A DNA stretch of 58,620 bases, the filler included, from Sphacelaria rigidula (lineage: Eukaryota): the NCBI GenBank assembly GCA_964200075.2. It is 8 parts of 8 records of this genome, joined end to end, with 100 filler letters (N's around TTAATTAATTAA, not from the genome) between each part and the next. Parts side by side here need not be neighbours in the genome. Positions count along the whole stretch, not along the records: positions 44,043 to 51,281 come from CAXNAA020015813.1; positions 51,382 to 58,620 come from CAXNAA020015814.1; 6 more parts are not named here. One strand, 5' to 3'. Every line of letters begins with the position of its first letter. The stretch's first letter is position 1. Both the position numbers and the translations under genes were made by a program. The notes beneath the pieces were generated by a model, which did not search any database, was not told the DNA's origin, and saw nothing but the letters and a program-made list of their open reading frames with translations. Below are positions 48,765-58,620 of the stretch, in pieces.

Positions 48765-48868
48765 CTTGTGGCCTTGTGCGTACTACTGTTTGTTCCACAG
48801 TACGTTTGCCAGAAGAAGGGAACGGACGGCCGAAGCGGCTTGTTTTCCGACTCGGCATACACCAAGTG
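48765..48868 (-). CDS. Possible internal exon of an unidentified gene
   Basis: cccttcccagtag| HLVYAESENKPLRPSVPFFWQTYCGTNSSTHKAT |gtaagc; strong donor. Confidence 0.45.
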
Positions 48869-51800
48869 CTACTGGGAAGGGCGGACATGTGTAGAAAAAC
48901 TACAGTAGCTTCATTTGTTGCCCATTAGCAGCAACAGGAGTTGTAGCAAGAGCGCTTATGTGTTTGTTGCCATCCGTGAACACACCAGTTATTACAAGCT
49001 GGACTGGCCAAGGAGATCCTTGTGTCAGATGGCCATCTCTTTCGAACAGCACTGAGCCGGGGTAAGATGTATAAACATATCGTCGTGATCGGCTGGTTAA
49101 GGCAGTTACATACAGTCGTTCAGCTGACGAATCCGTCTTTCAATCGTTGGGTTTCGTGCAACTCGCGACTCCGTATTGAACTTTTCTTTTTATCAGGTGT
49201 TTTTGGTTCTTGCGCATTTTTTTCGTGAGCATATATCTCAAATATGCCCAAAAGTTCTGAGTGTTCCAACTCTCGAGGTCTCATTCCCTCCTTTTTCGCC
49301 GTTCAAATGCGTTGGCCGTAGCTCACATAGTATGTACGTTTGCATGCAGAGTTATCTCGGGGCGAATATCTGCAAATTAGTAACTTGCTCGGCACAGTTT
49401 TTCAAGTTGAAACTGTCATATGGTTTACGTACAAGCCACTAAGTAGATACATTTCGAGCGATCCCCGCGTGTTGTCTTCTGTTTGTGTTTTGTCACCCGA
49501 GATATCACGAAATTAAATTTATGTTGTCTAATCTCGGTGACAATACAAAACCAGAGCGGAGATCGATCATCATTCGTTGGCGAGTACCTTGGAAATCACA
49601 TGACCAATATTCAGGTCCCACTTAGAAGAAGTGAGTCGCGCATGGCGATATTAGCAACCCCCCCGGCTCTTAGCCCGCCGAACTCGTTTCTGCATCCTGC
49701 TTATCTTTCGGCGGTTGAGACCATTTTCGGAGGAATCCCTTGGGATACAAACACCTCCCGAAAGAATATTCAGGCTGACAACATCTCCACCTCGTCCAGC
49801 CGAAATTTCTACCCAAGCCACGTCCGCGTCAACCATGACCGAAAGTTCCTCCGCTTAAGGATAATGCCATGGCCATGGACGCATGTCGCCACCCTTGACG
49901 ACAGATTACATCGTTTTCGTGAGATTGAGAGCAGAGCGCTGCTTGAGAGTGGCTTTGATCATTCGCTTTGACTTAGCCGTTCTTTCATTCCGTGTGTGCC
50001 TCTCTTTGCCTCCACTGGTGTGTGCTTACAGCTACACGTCGATATCCTACTCGTGGATGTCAAGGGTCTCAGTGGCAAGCTACCACAGAAAACATATTGG
50101 GCCTCGTGGAGGGGCATTTCGGAACTGAAACGATTCATTCACGAACACATTTTTGGAGAAGTTTGGCCAATCGGGCGTTGGCCTTCAGAAGAAATTGACG
50201 GACCAAATTGTTTTCGCCGTTTGTCTGCGTCCTATCTCTGTTCCAGCCAATGTCATAAGTCACGCCCGCCAAGGATGGTCGTCAGTCAGTTCTCGTGGCG
50301 ACAAGATTGCGCGTTGTTTCTTTATACGTTGTGCCTGCCTGTCATTCCCCGTCGTTGCCGTGTCGTCCCTGTTGGTGGGTTGAAAGGTGGCCGCCTCAGG
50401 TCCGCCTAAACACGCAAAGATGCCGTCGAACATCAATACCGAACTTTTCTGGGATTAGCATCAGCCAGTCCTTGGAGAACGGAACAGAAATTGAGAAGTT
50501 ACCGTTCGTATTAGAAAACAATGCGCATGAAACGCTTTGCAGGTTGGAAAACACACATTTTCATGCAGAAGAAACTTTCCGTACCCCCATTAGTGTCGAA
50601 TGCGGTTGTAAAAACTCTACTGTCCTTCATTAATACCTGGCGGGGGGACAGGGAAGTCGTCCTCCCTCAGGTCTTGAGAGTCGTTTGAATTGTGTGGATG
50701 AAGTTGAGAAAAATCAACTGTTAACAGCTTGGAATCGTTATTGAGGTTCAAAATTTTATATGAGGTTCAAATGACCATCGAAATTCTATTTATTTTGTTC
50801 AAAATTCTCTGGAGTCGCAACCGGTTGCGACCATGTGCCCCTAACTGAGAAGTTTCAGCGCGGCAGCGAAAGCATGGTGATGAGCAGTCCAACAAAAAAA
50901 CCGCCGTCACTTGTTGTCCTGCACCTTCTGAGCAACCCTCGGGTCTAAGCAACACGTAACGAAGCATGCTGAAAATATATTTCTTTGGAATAGTCATCGA
51001 GTTTTCGAGTGCCTCTTGTTGAGTATCTGAGAGAGACTTCATACTGTTGCGCCGGCGACGACCGCCGTCAGCGAAACGATTCAATGCGGGGACAGACGCC
51101 TGCGATCTTTGAAACGCAGCATCACTCAGCAGTCTGCTGAGATATACCATCACCACAGTACAGTACAGTCGATAAAAGGGATGCCCCAAAATAAAGCTGC
51201 AGACACACACGACGGGGGTAAGGGTTATTCCTACGCTTGGGGTTGTTTCGCCAGTAGTGCCCATGCGAGGCGCTTCACCCANNNNNNNNNNNNNNNNNNN
51301 NNNNNNNNNNNNNNNNNNNNNNNNNTTAATTAATTAANNNNNNNNNNNNNNNNNNNNNNNNNNNNNNNNNNNNNNNNNNNNTGCAATGAAGGGATGGGAC
51401 TTCAACCTCATATTTTGTTTCAACCCCAAAAATTAGGATCGGCTGTTCTATGTTGAACAAGACAAAACACACGCAAGTCCATCTACAAAGTAAAGCACGA
51501 AATGGTACGCACGCGTAGACCTCTTTTATCAACGGAACAAGGAGGGAATGCTACACAATTCGGGAACAAGGGAGGGAAAACGCAGTTGCGGCATAGCATC
51601 GCGGCGCCTGCTTTGGTCGGACGCAGATCGAACTGAGCTCCACGTCTTTGTCCGACTTCATCCCGACGCATCCGTCGCGTATAGCGAGAGTGGCACCCCG
51701 CTCGTTTCTGTGGCAGGGCGTTTGAAGCATCAAGCCTGCCTTGAAAAAGGCGTGCAACGTGAAGTATAATGCCACGGGGGGGGGGGGACAACACCGCAAC

Positions 51801-52559
51801 AGGGCGATAAAAGCGGGGGTACAGCCCAAGTTCAGGTCTGGTGTGCCCGAAGTGTGAAATCCAAAACCTCTGCGAGAGTGGGCACGAGCCCACCCAAGAC
51901 GACACTCAGGGTAAAAAGCCAAGGGTCGTTCGTGAGAATTTTCTCGTTCAGCGCGGCGGATATTCTATCGCGTGTTATGAGCAAAACCTTAGTGTCCATT
52001 AAAAAGAGCCTTCGTCAGAACGCAATACCCAACTCAAACCAATCGTCCGGCGGAGATACGGCCTACAAAAAGGGCGGTATAATTGGTAATTCACGTGGTA
52101 ACACTGGATCACGAGCAACGGAACGATACAAGAGAACACACCCGTGTCACCAGCTGACCAGGCTGCGCCACGGGATAGGGGTGGAACAAAGAAACAAACA
52201 CATCCAGATGGATTGTCGAAATACAGTAACTCACCTCGACCTAAAACAGTCGTCGGGCATAAATACGGCCTACAACAAGGGCGGTATAGTTAGCGGTACA
52301 CGGTGCAACCAAGAACCCGGGGGAAAAGACGATGTGAGGGAGACCCGTGCGGCGAGCTCTCTTGGCTGGCGGCAGGGGGTTGAGCAGTGACAACAACAAA
52401 TAAATCTGGAGAACGAGTCATCAAAATTCCGAACATGTGGGAGACTGGGCTAAATCTACAGTCCTCTTATCGCGTAAAAAGCACCAGATTCTCAGGAGAC
52501 ACGGACAGAAATGCGAAGAAAGGTTGCAGTGAAGGGGCGTGGTTCAAAGCGGTGCGTGG

Positions 52560-55500
52560 ACGTCGTGGGTGTGGCCGATATTGTGCTGGATACCGCGGCG
52601 AAGTCCGTTTAACTTGAGTCGCTGAAGGCACCAGGATCCGCGTGGGGCAGATGGACTGGTGGTGTATCGTGCTGGCCGAAGCTTGGGCTGGATGGGTCCA
52701 GGCTCATCGATGAAGCGCACGATGTACGTGTCGGTAGAAACCTGTTTAGCGGAGTGGGTCTGACTCAACCACCAGAAGTTGTCGCTGCCTTTGAACCAAA
52801 GGTAGCTGCCCTCGGGTAGTATTCGCGGGGTTGCGAAGAACTTGGCCTTACAAGTTTTGGTGGGTACAAGTTCGTAGCCATCGGCGACAAAGCGTAGTCC
52901 TTAATCGCGGTGAAGTTCGCGGGCTGCTGCACCACGACACATGTTGCAATATTTCTTGCTGTGAGCAAGATGCTGATGTTGGGATTGCGTCCAGTACAGG
53001 AGGATTGCACGGCGGTGCAACCGAAGGTCGGATTCGCGTTCCCAAGAGGCTCTCCGAAGACCTTGCCAGTGTGTCTTACTCATGACAGCAACTTTGCCAC
53101 CTCAACCACGAGTGATCTGGTAGCTGGAGATGGTGGACACGGTCAATCGGAGGGGCTGTTCCGTCACGTCTTCGGTTGAAACATGGTAGGGCGGGGACTT
53201 GGTCGAGTAGCTGTTCAGAGCGTACTGAGTGAGTCCGACAGGCAATTACTTCGGCATGTCACTAGTATCATGCGGGTTCCTGCAGGGTTTGCATCTATGC
53301 ACGAAGACGCGGGGTTTGGTGTCCTTGTCCTGGAGGTCGCGATGCAGGTCGAGATAGAGCAGTTCATCACCAATAGCTTTATCATCCGGAGATGATAGCG
53401 ATGGTCCGACTGTCAGGATTTTGAATGGTCCTGTCCAATTGAGGGACAATTTTGTCTTCGAAGTTGTTTCGTTGGCTGCCTTGCTGGTGCCTTGGCGGAT
53501 GGTCGACAAGCTGTTGTAGATCCAGACCCAATCACCAACCTTCCAGTTGAGGCGTTTGTGCATGAGGTTGCAGAGGGCAGTGTTAGATCTCTCAAGGCGC
53601 GAGGCGTTGATAGTGTGTTGTTCGCGTACAAGGGTAAACGCTTTGCGTTGTCGTGAATGCGCTAGCTCGTGATAGGATATCTGATCCTGATCTAATCCTT
53701 GGTGGCCATCGAACGTGTGTCGCTCAAACACGGTGATGGGCAGCCGAGGGTAACGTCCAAGATGGAGTTCGTGCGGGGAAAGGCCTGTGGCGGCGTTGCC
53801 CGAGTTGTTGTAGGACAATATGATGTGCGAGAGGTGAAGGTCCCAGTCATTTTGGTGGTCACTGACGACCATAGAGAGCATCTCAGCCATGGTGTGATTA
53901 ACTCTTTCGGTACCATCGTTACCATTGGAGTGGTAAGCGCTCGTGGCAATTTTGCGGATGCCCAGGAGCTTGCAAAGCTAATCTGAGCAAAAAAATTGAC
54001 GATTGTCTGAAATGAGTCATTCCGTGCAACCGTAGTGCTTGATGTAGTCGTGGACCAATATATCGGCCGTTCCGACGGCAGTGAAATCTGCAGCGGTCAC
54101 CGCGTACATGGACGCGTGGCGGCTGAAGCAGTCAGCGAAGAGAAAGATGTAGGTGTTGCCGCGACCTGTGGTCGGTAGAGGGCCAAAGTAGTCTAAGGAC
54201 ACAAGGTGGCCCGGAGCGTTGGGGAGTCCCATAGAGATCAGCGTACTGTTTGTCATGAAGTTTTTCGAGCTTGGCATTTGAAGCATCGCCGAATCCAGAA
54301 GCGGGTGGAAATGTTCATGTCAATCCACCAGTAGAAGCGTTCCAAGAGTGCTAGGGTGCGGGTGACGCCAAGGTGTCATGACAAGTCTGTGTGACAGCTT
54401 TTCATGACCCAGGGTCGCATTAATAATGGGACACATATGCGCGTTGGTTCATCATCGAGGAGTAGTGCGTGGCGTCCGGTGGTTGAGACGGAAATTGCGC
54501 CCGTCAAAAGCGTGGGCCGACGCACAAGTAGTTGTACGGCTTCGTCCGTAGTACAAATGGTGCCTTTACGCACGAGTTCGTATACGTCAGAGATATCTGG
54601 GGGTGGCAGTGTGCCAACCGGGACCAGAAAGGCGAATGGAAAAGGGACTGGACAGTCAAGCTGTAAGTACCGGATGGCTGCACGACATAAAGGTTCCGCG
54701 TTTTGTTCGCGGGCCCAATCACGGTGAGAGTAGCTGGCGAAACACTCGCGTAGCTGACCTTCCGCTGGAGAACCAACCAAACATGGTGGGGTTGGCAGCG
54801 GGGGAATATGTGACGGAGCAGGAATGCCGACGTCAATACCTGCCCCGGGAGCAGGAGCCAAGTCCCCGGCTCCATGCTCGGGAGCGGTAGCTGTAGGCGG
54901 CGCCGTTATAGGCGACGGGGTTGTAGCAGTGCGCGACGAAGATTCTTCGCGGCGCGTGGTGGATGTTGCAGTATTTTCACGGAGCGTTGCTTGCTCGTCC
55001 GTTGGACCGGTGCTGCGTGGCTCGTGGGATTTGTAGATGCTATCGGTGGCGGCGGGGCACTCGGGGGCGTGGTGTGGGCGGCAGACCGGGAGCGCGTGTT
55101 ATCGGATATTAGGTGGATGGCCGAAGGTGTCTCCGTGAAAAGCTTCGCGCGAGTACCAAAAGTGCGGAAACCGACAAAATCGGAGGTAGTGAGCTTTAAC
55201 TCGTCCAAGACGGCGTCATATAGTAGAGGGCGAGGTCCTCCCATGTGCATACCAGTCTCTGGGCCTGAAGGTCAAGGGAATAAACGGGCGTAGATAAACG
55301 TCTGATAGGGTAAATTCCAGGTTAATTGGGTTCCGTTAAATGGAAAGCCGGGCTGAAATCAAGGGCCGCAGGCGGCAGGGGTAGTCGGGAAAGAATATCA
55401 GCGTTCCCGTTGGTTTATGTCTGGACGGTGCATGATTGTATACTATAATAGTACGCTGTTAGAAACTCCAGTCATCGTTGTACACGCGAGTTGTGTTCGC

Positions 55501-55873
55501 CAACCTTGGCGAGTTGTTCGAGTGCCCCATGATCCGTGTAGATCTCAAATGGCAAGTGAAACAGATTTTGTCGGTGGTGCCTAATGACCCAGATGGTTAC
55601 ACCGCCTTCCAATCCTAGCGGGCTCCAGTTGGCTTCGTTGGGCAGGGTGGCGCGGCTGATGTAGAGGATGGGTCAAGTGGAGCCGTCAACCTGAGGTTGA
55701 TTCAAAACTCCTCCAAACCCGTCTGTACTGGCGTCAGTGTGTAATTGGAAAAGGCGAGAGTCATCTTGTACTGCCTCCCAATCAGGGAAACAGAGTACCG
55801 TCTTTTTGGTAAGCGTTTTCAGCAATTCGCGGGTGATATTCTCCATATCGGTGTTGAAGGTAAACATGGCTCC
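52560..55873 (-). mobile_element. Decayed Ty3/Gypsy pol, family 1 (RNase H and integrase)
   Basis: RNase H FQLHTDASTDGFGGVL and FEIYTDHGAL; integrase HLGVTRTL..FYWW..C..CQ, VSLDYFGPLP, HSNGNDGTERVNHTM and GPY/F motif WTGPFKI; multiple stops and frameshifts. Confidence 0.92.
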
Positions 55874-57188
55874 TGTGACGAAATCACGCCGTCACGTTGA
55901 GTATATAGTGGATCCTGGATGATGACCAGGGGACAAGGGCATCCTGTAGATGATGACCCTTGCTGTGTAGCCCATGCCTGACGGTACGGGCTGCAGCTGT
56001 TTACTCCTGAATAATGAAATGTTGTAAAGGCTGACAACTGAAACGTGAGGTCAGTGGAACTGGGGAGTCCCTCAACAGCATTAAACGCCGCAGTACTAGC
56101 AACCTGCTGTCGTCACAATATCGATATTAGTGATAGTGCTAGTCGTGCTAGTAGTGCTATCCTTAGTGACTGCTAGAAAGTTTTCAGCAGAAAGGAGTCT
56201 GGACAGCTGCGGATATATTGCTGCACGGAAGAGTGAGAAGGGTTCAAGCTGAGGTAGCTGCAAAGGCGGCTGGCCCGTGATTGATCCAGACTGGAGATTT
56301 GCTGGAGCTGCGTGCAGCGGGACTTTAAAGGACCCCACGGCTGTTGTGATGCGGCGACGAAGCTAGGTGTGAACTGTGGAGTTTGAGAAGGTTCAGAAGC
56401 CTTCGATTAGGTCCGCTCGGAAATGTCGACTACAGAGGTACCGGAAATAGAGCCAGCGGAGACGACCGCAACTCCCCCCAGTTGTTCTGAGAGAAGAGTT
56501 GCGGCCTCCCAGTTGACACTTTCTACGATAGCCCCCCCCCCAGAAGTGCATGGTTTTCGGAGGCAAAATCTTTACGTAAATCGAAATGGGAAAAGCCGAG
56601 CACAACGAGCAGCTGGGAGTTCCCACGCTTGGGTTCGTTATAGCCAATGTCGCCAATATGAGGCGCTTCATAGAGCCTGAACCCAAACATCAGGCGTTGT
56701 ATGGCAATTCTTTTCGTGACACTTTTGGGCTGGTTTTTTGGGGGGGCTATCGTAGAAGGTGTCAGTTACGAGAATTTATATTCTGAGTGTGCTTTTCGTT
56801 CGTTTTATACGAAATACGTCGAATACAAGAAGCGGGTGGAGCATGCGTATGCGGGAGGTGCGGTAAGGCATCAGGTGGTTTCCATGGCGCAACTCGTGCC
56901 TACTTCCCTCCAACGCGTTTTTTCGAGAAGATTCCATGAAAAGCACACAATAACGCCATCGCCATTGGATGCGGCGATCAGAAAGCATGCTAGGCATGCG
57001 GCGGGCACTTGTCACTGTTGTGGCCAGGTCGGCCATTACGCGCGCGATTGCCTAACGCCTTCCGGTGGAAAGTCTGGGCAGTCTCATGCCGCGCGCCATC
57101 AGCATCGTCAGCACAAGGGCAAAAGACGAGGTAATCGTGGTGGCGACGGCGGCGGATCTTCCAGCAGTGGAGGTGTACAGTCGAGTTC

Positions 57189-57223
<35 letters not shown>

Positions 57224-58551
57224 GGCAGCGGCGTCAACAGGGGTCCGGTTCTGGGTCCGGCTAAGCCGCAGGGGCTGCAGCTCCGCAACGGGCGGTGCAG
57301 GTGGGACCGACTACTCTAGTGTTGGGCTCAGTGCCGGCGCCGCCGGTAGCAGAGCAAGGCGAGACGCCTGCTGCTGCGTCGGTCGGAGTACCGCTGAAAT
57401 TTGGTTCTGCGGGCGGGGCTTCGTACCTGCCGGCGGTGCCGGTGACCCCAGCGGGGGCGTATATGCCTGCGCCGCACGCGCAGCCGTGGCGCCAAGTGGG
57501 GATCACGAAAAATCAGTCGGTGGAGTAGGTGCCGGTCGAGTATCAAGGTAAATATATTCCTGCAGAGTTATATCTCTCAAATCAAAGGGCGGGGGGAGCC
57601 ATTGCGGTAGAGGCAAAGTAGGATTCTTGCGCCCACTGGACGCGACATGTGAGTCTGTCGGTACAGATTGTAGAGATGTTGGAGCGTCTTCTCCCGGGTG
57701 TGCCGTTGCGCACTCCGTTCTCGCTCGGGGCTCGGCAGGCCTTCACCTCGTCGGGTCAGTATCTTTACGTCACAGAACGTACTGTTCCGCTGCAGCTGAC
57801 TTTGATGATTTCCCGGGGACCGGCGCAGTTGCCTCCGATCTCGTTTGCGATCATGCCGGGGTCGCATGACGTTATTCTTCTGGGGTTGCCGATGGTTCAG
57901 GATACTGGAGTCAACGCTCGGCGGTTGTGGGACTCCATAAAGACGCGGATGTCTCAGCCTGGTCCACGCTTGGAGACGCCCGCCGTTTTGGGCAGTGGTC
58001 GCGTGAGCTTTTCGGTGGATGCTTTTCAGGAGGATGGAGGGCAGGTGAGCGAGGAGCGAGATGCGGCGGTGGAACGCGTGGTAGAGCGCGGCCCGGAGAT
58101 ATTTATTGATCCGGCAGAAGAGGAGTCCGCTCGGAAGATCGCGCTGAAGGAGAGCGTAATCGATGCTGGGGCGAAAAACCTCAGCGTCTCAAAAGCGGAG
58201 CGCCTGCGCGGCATATTGCATCGCCGCGTCAACGCGTTGCGTCGTGCGCTGCGGGGTGATCCCCCTGCGCGCGTGGAGCCCATGCGTGTTCAGCCACAAC
58301 CTGAAGCGTCCGCGGTGAAGACGAAGCCGCGGCGGTACGATCCGGTGAAGTCGAGTTGGTTGGCATTGTGCATGGCGGCTCTTTTGGCGCTCGGGTTGGT
58401 GTTACGGAATTTGCAGGCGGGGTGGTCCAGTCCAGATAGGGGGTTTCCGAAGAAGGCTGCATCGTGGACGGAGGGCAGCCTGCAGGCGTGGGCGGCAGCG
58501 AAGGATCTGATGACTGATGCAGTGACGCTGCTCCATCGTCGTCCTGATTAA
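55874..58551 (+). mobile_element. Decayed Ty3/Gypsy family 2, second copy (LTR 55874-56117, gag, protease region, deleted RT), abutting family 1 in opposite orientation
   Basis: LTR TGTGACG...CGTCACA; gag YTKYVEYKKRVEHA; knuckle CHCCGQVGHYARDC; co-linear with 25890-29200. Confidence 0.9.
56515..56763. mobile_element. MITE, 4-bp-TSD family A, full length (249 bp), inserted in Gypsy gag
   Basis: AGTT|GACACTTTCTACGATAGCCCCC...GGGGGCTATCGTAGAAGGTGTC|AGTT; absent from the homologous gag site at about 26510. Confidence 0.93.
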
Positions 58552-58620
58552 ACAGCCAATCATCTATGTTGAGGATGGTACTTTTGATTGAGGGTGAGAA
58601 CCCGGAGGATTAAAATCTTC

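Noticed and set aside
50630..50690. U1-like TACCTGGCGGGGGGA (related sequence at about 30500)
   Set aside because: The similarity stops after about 15 nt; it is part of a dispersed repeat
56586..56786. Similar small ORFs MGKAEHNEQLG (also 23569-23841)
   Set aside because: They lie largely within MITE family A copies; the similarity reflects the DNA repeat

Overview
This is not one locus. It is eight unrelated eukaryotic scaffolds of about 7.24 kb (1-7241, 7342-14582, 14683-21922, 22023-29262, 29363-36602, 36703-43942, 44043-51281, 51382-58620) joined by an artificial 100-nt N44-TTAATTAATTAA-N44 spacer. The DNA is most likely from a repeat-rich brown alga (Phaeophyceae), inferred mainly from spliced mannuronan C5-epimerase-like exons. 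Most ORF-track entries are spurious. Supported host-type coding sequence: two exons of a mannuronan C5-epimerase; the first exon of a lariat debranching enzyme (DBR1) with an unusual ~120-aa N-terminal extension; a four-exon FAR1/MuDR zinc finger + SWIM gene lacking the Mutator DDE core; and two unidentified 3' gene ends. The rest is transposon-derived: decayed Ty3/Gypsy elements (two families, one nested in the other), two tRNA-derived SINE families, and many MITEs (PIF/Harbinger-type foldbacks, Tc1/mariner-, hAT- and piggyBac-type). Three further MITE families share a GA-N10-GATAG terminal motif and make 4-bp non-TTAA target duplications. All calls come from reading the sequence by eye; no database search was run.
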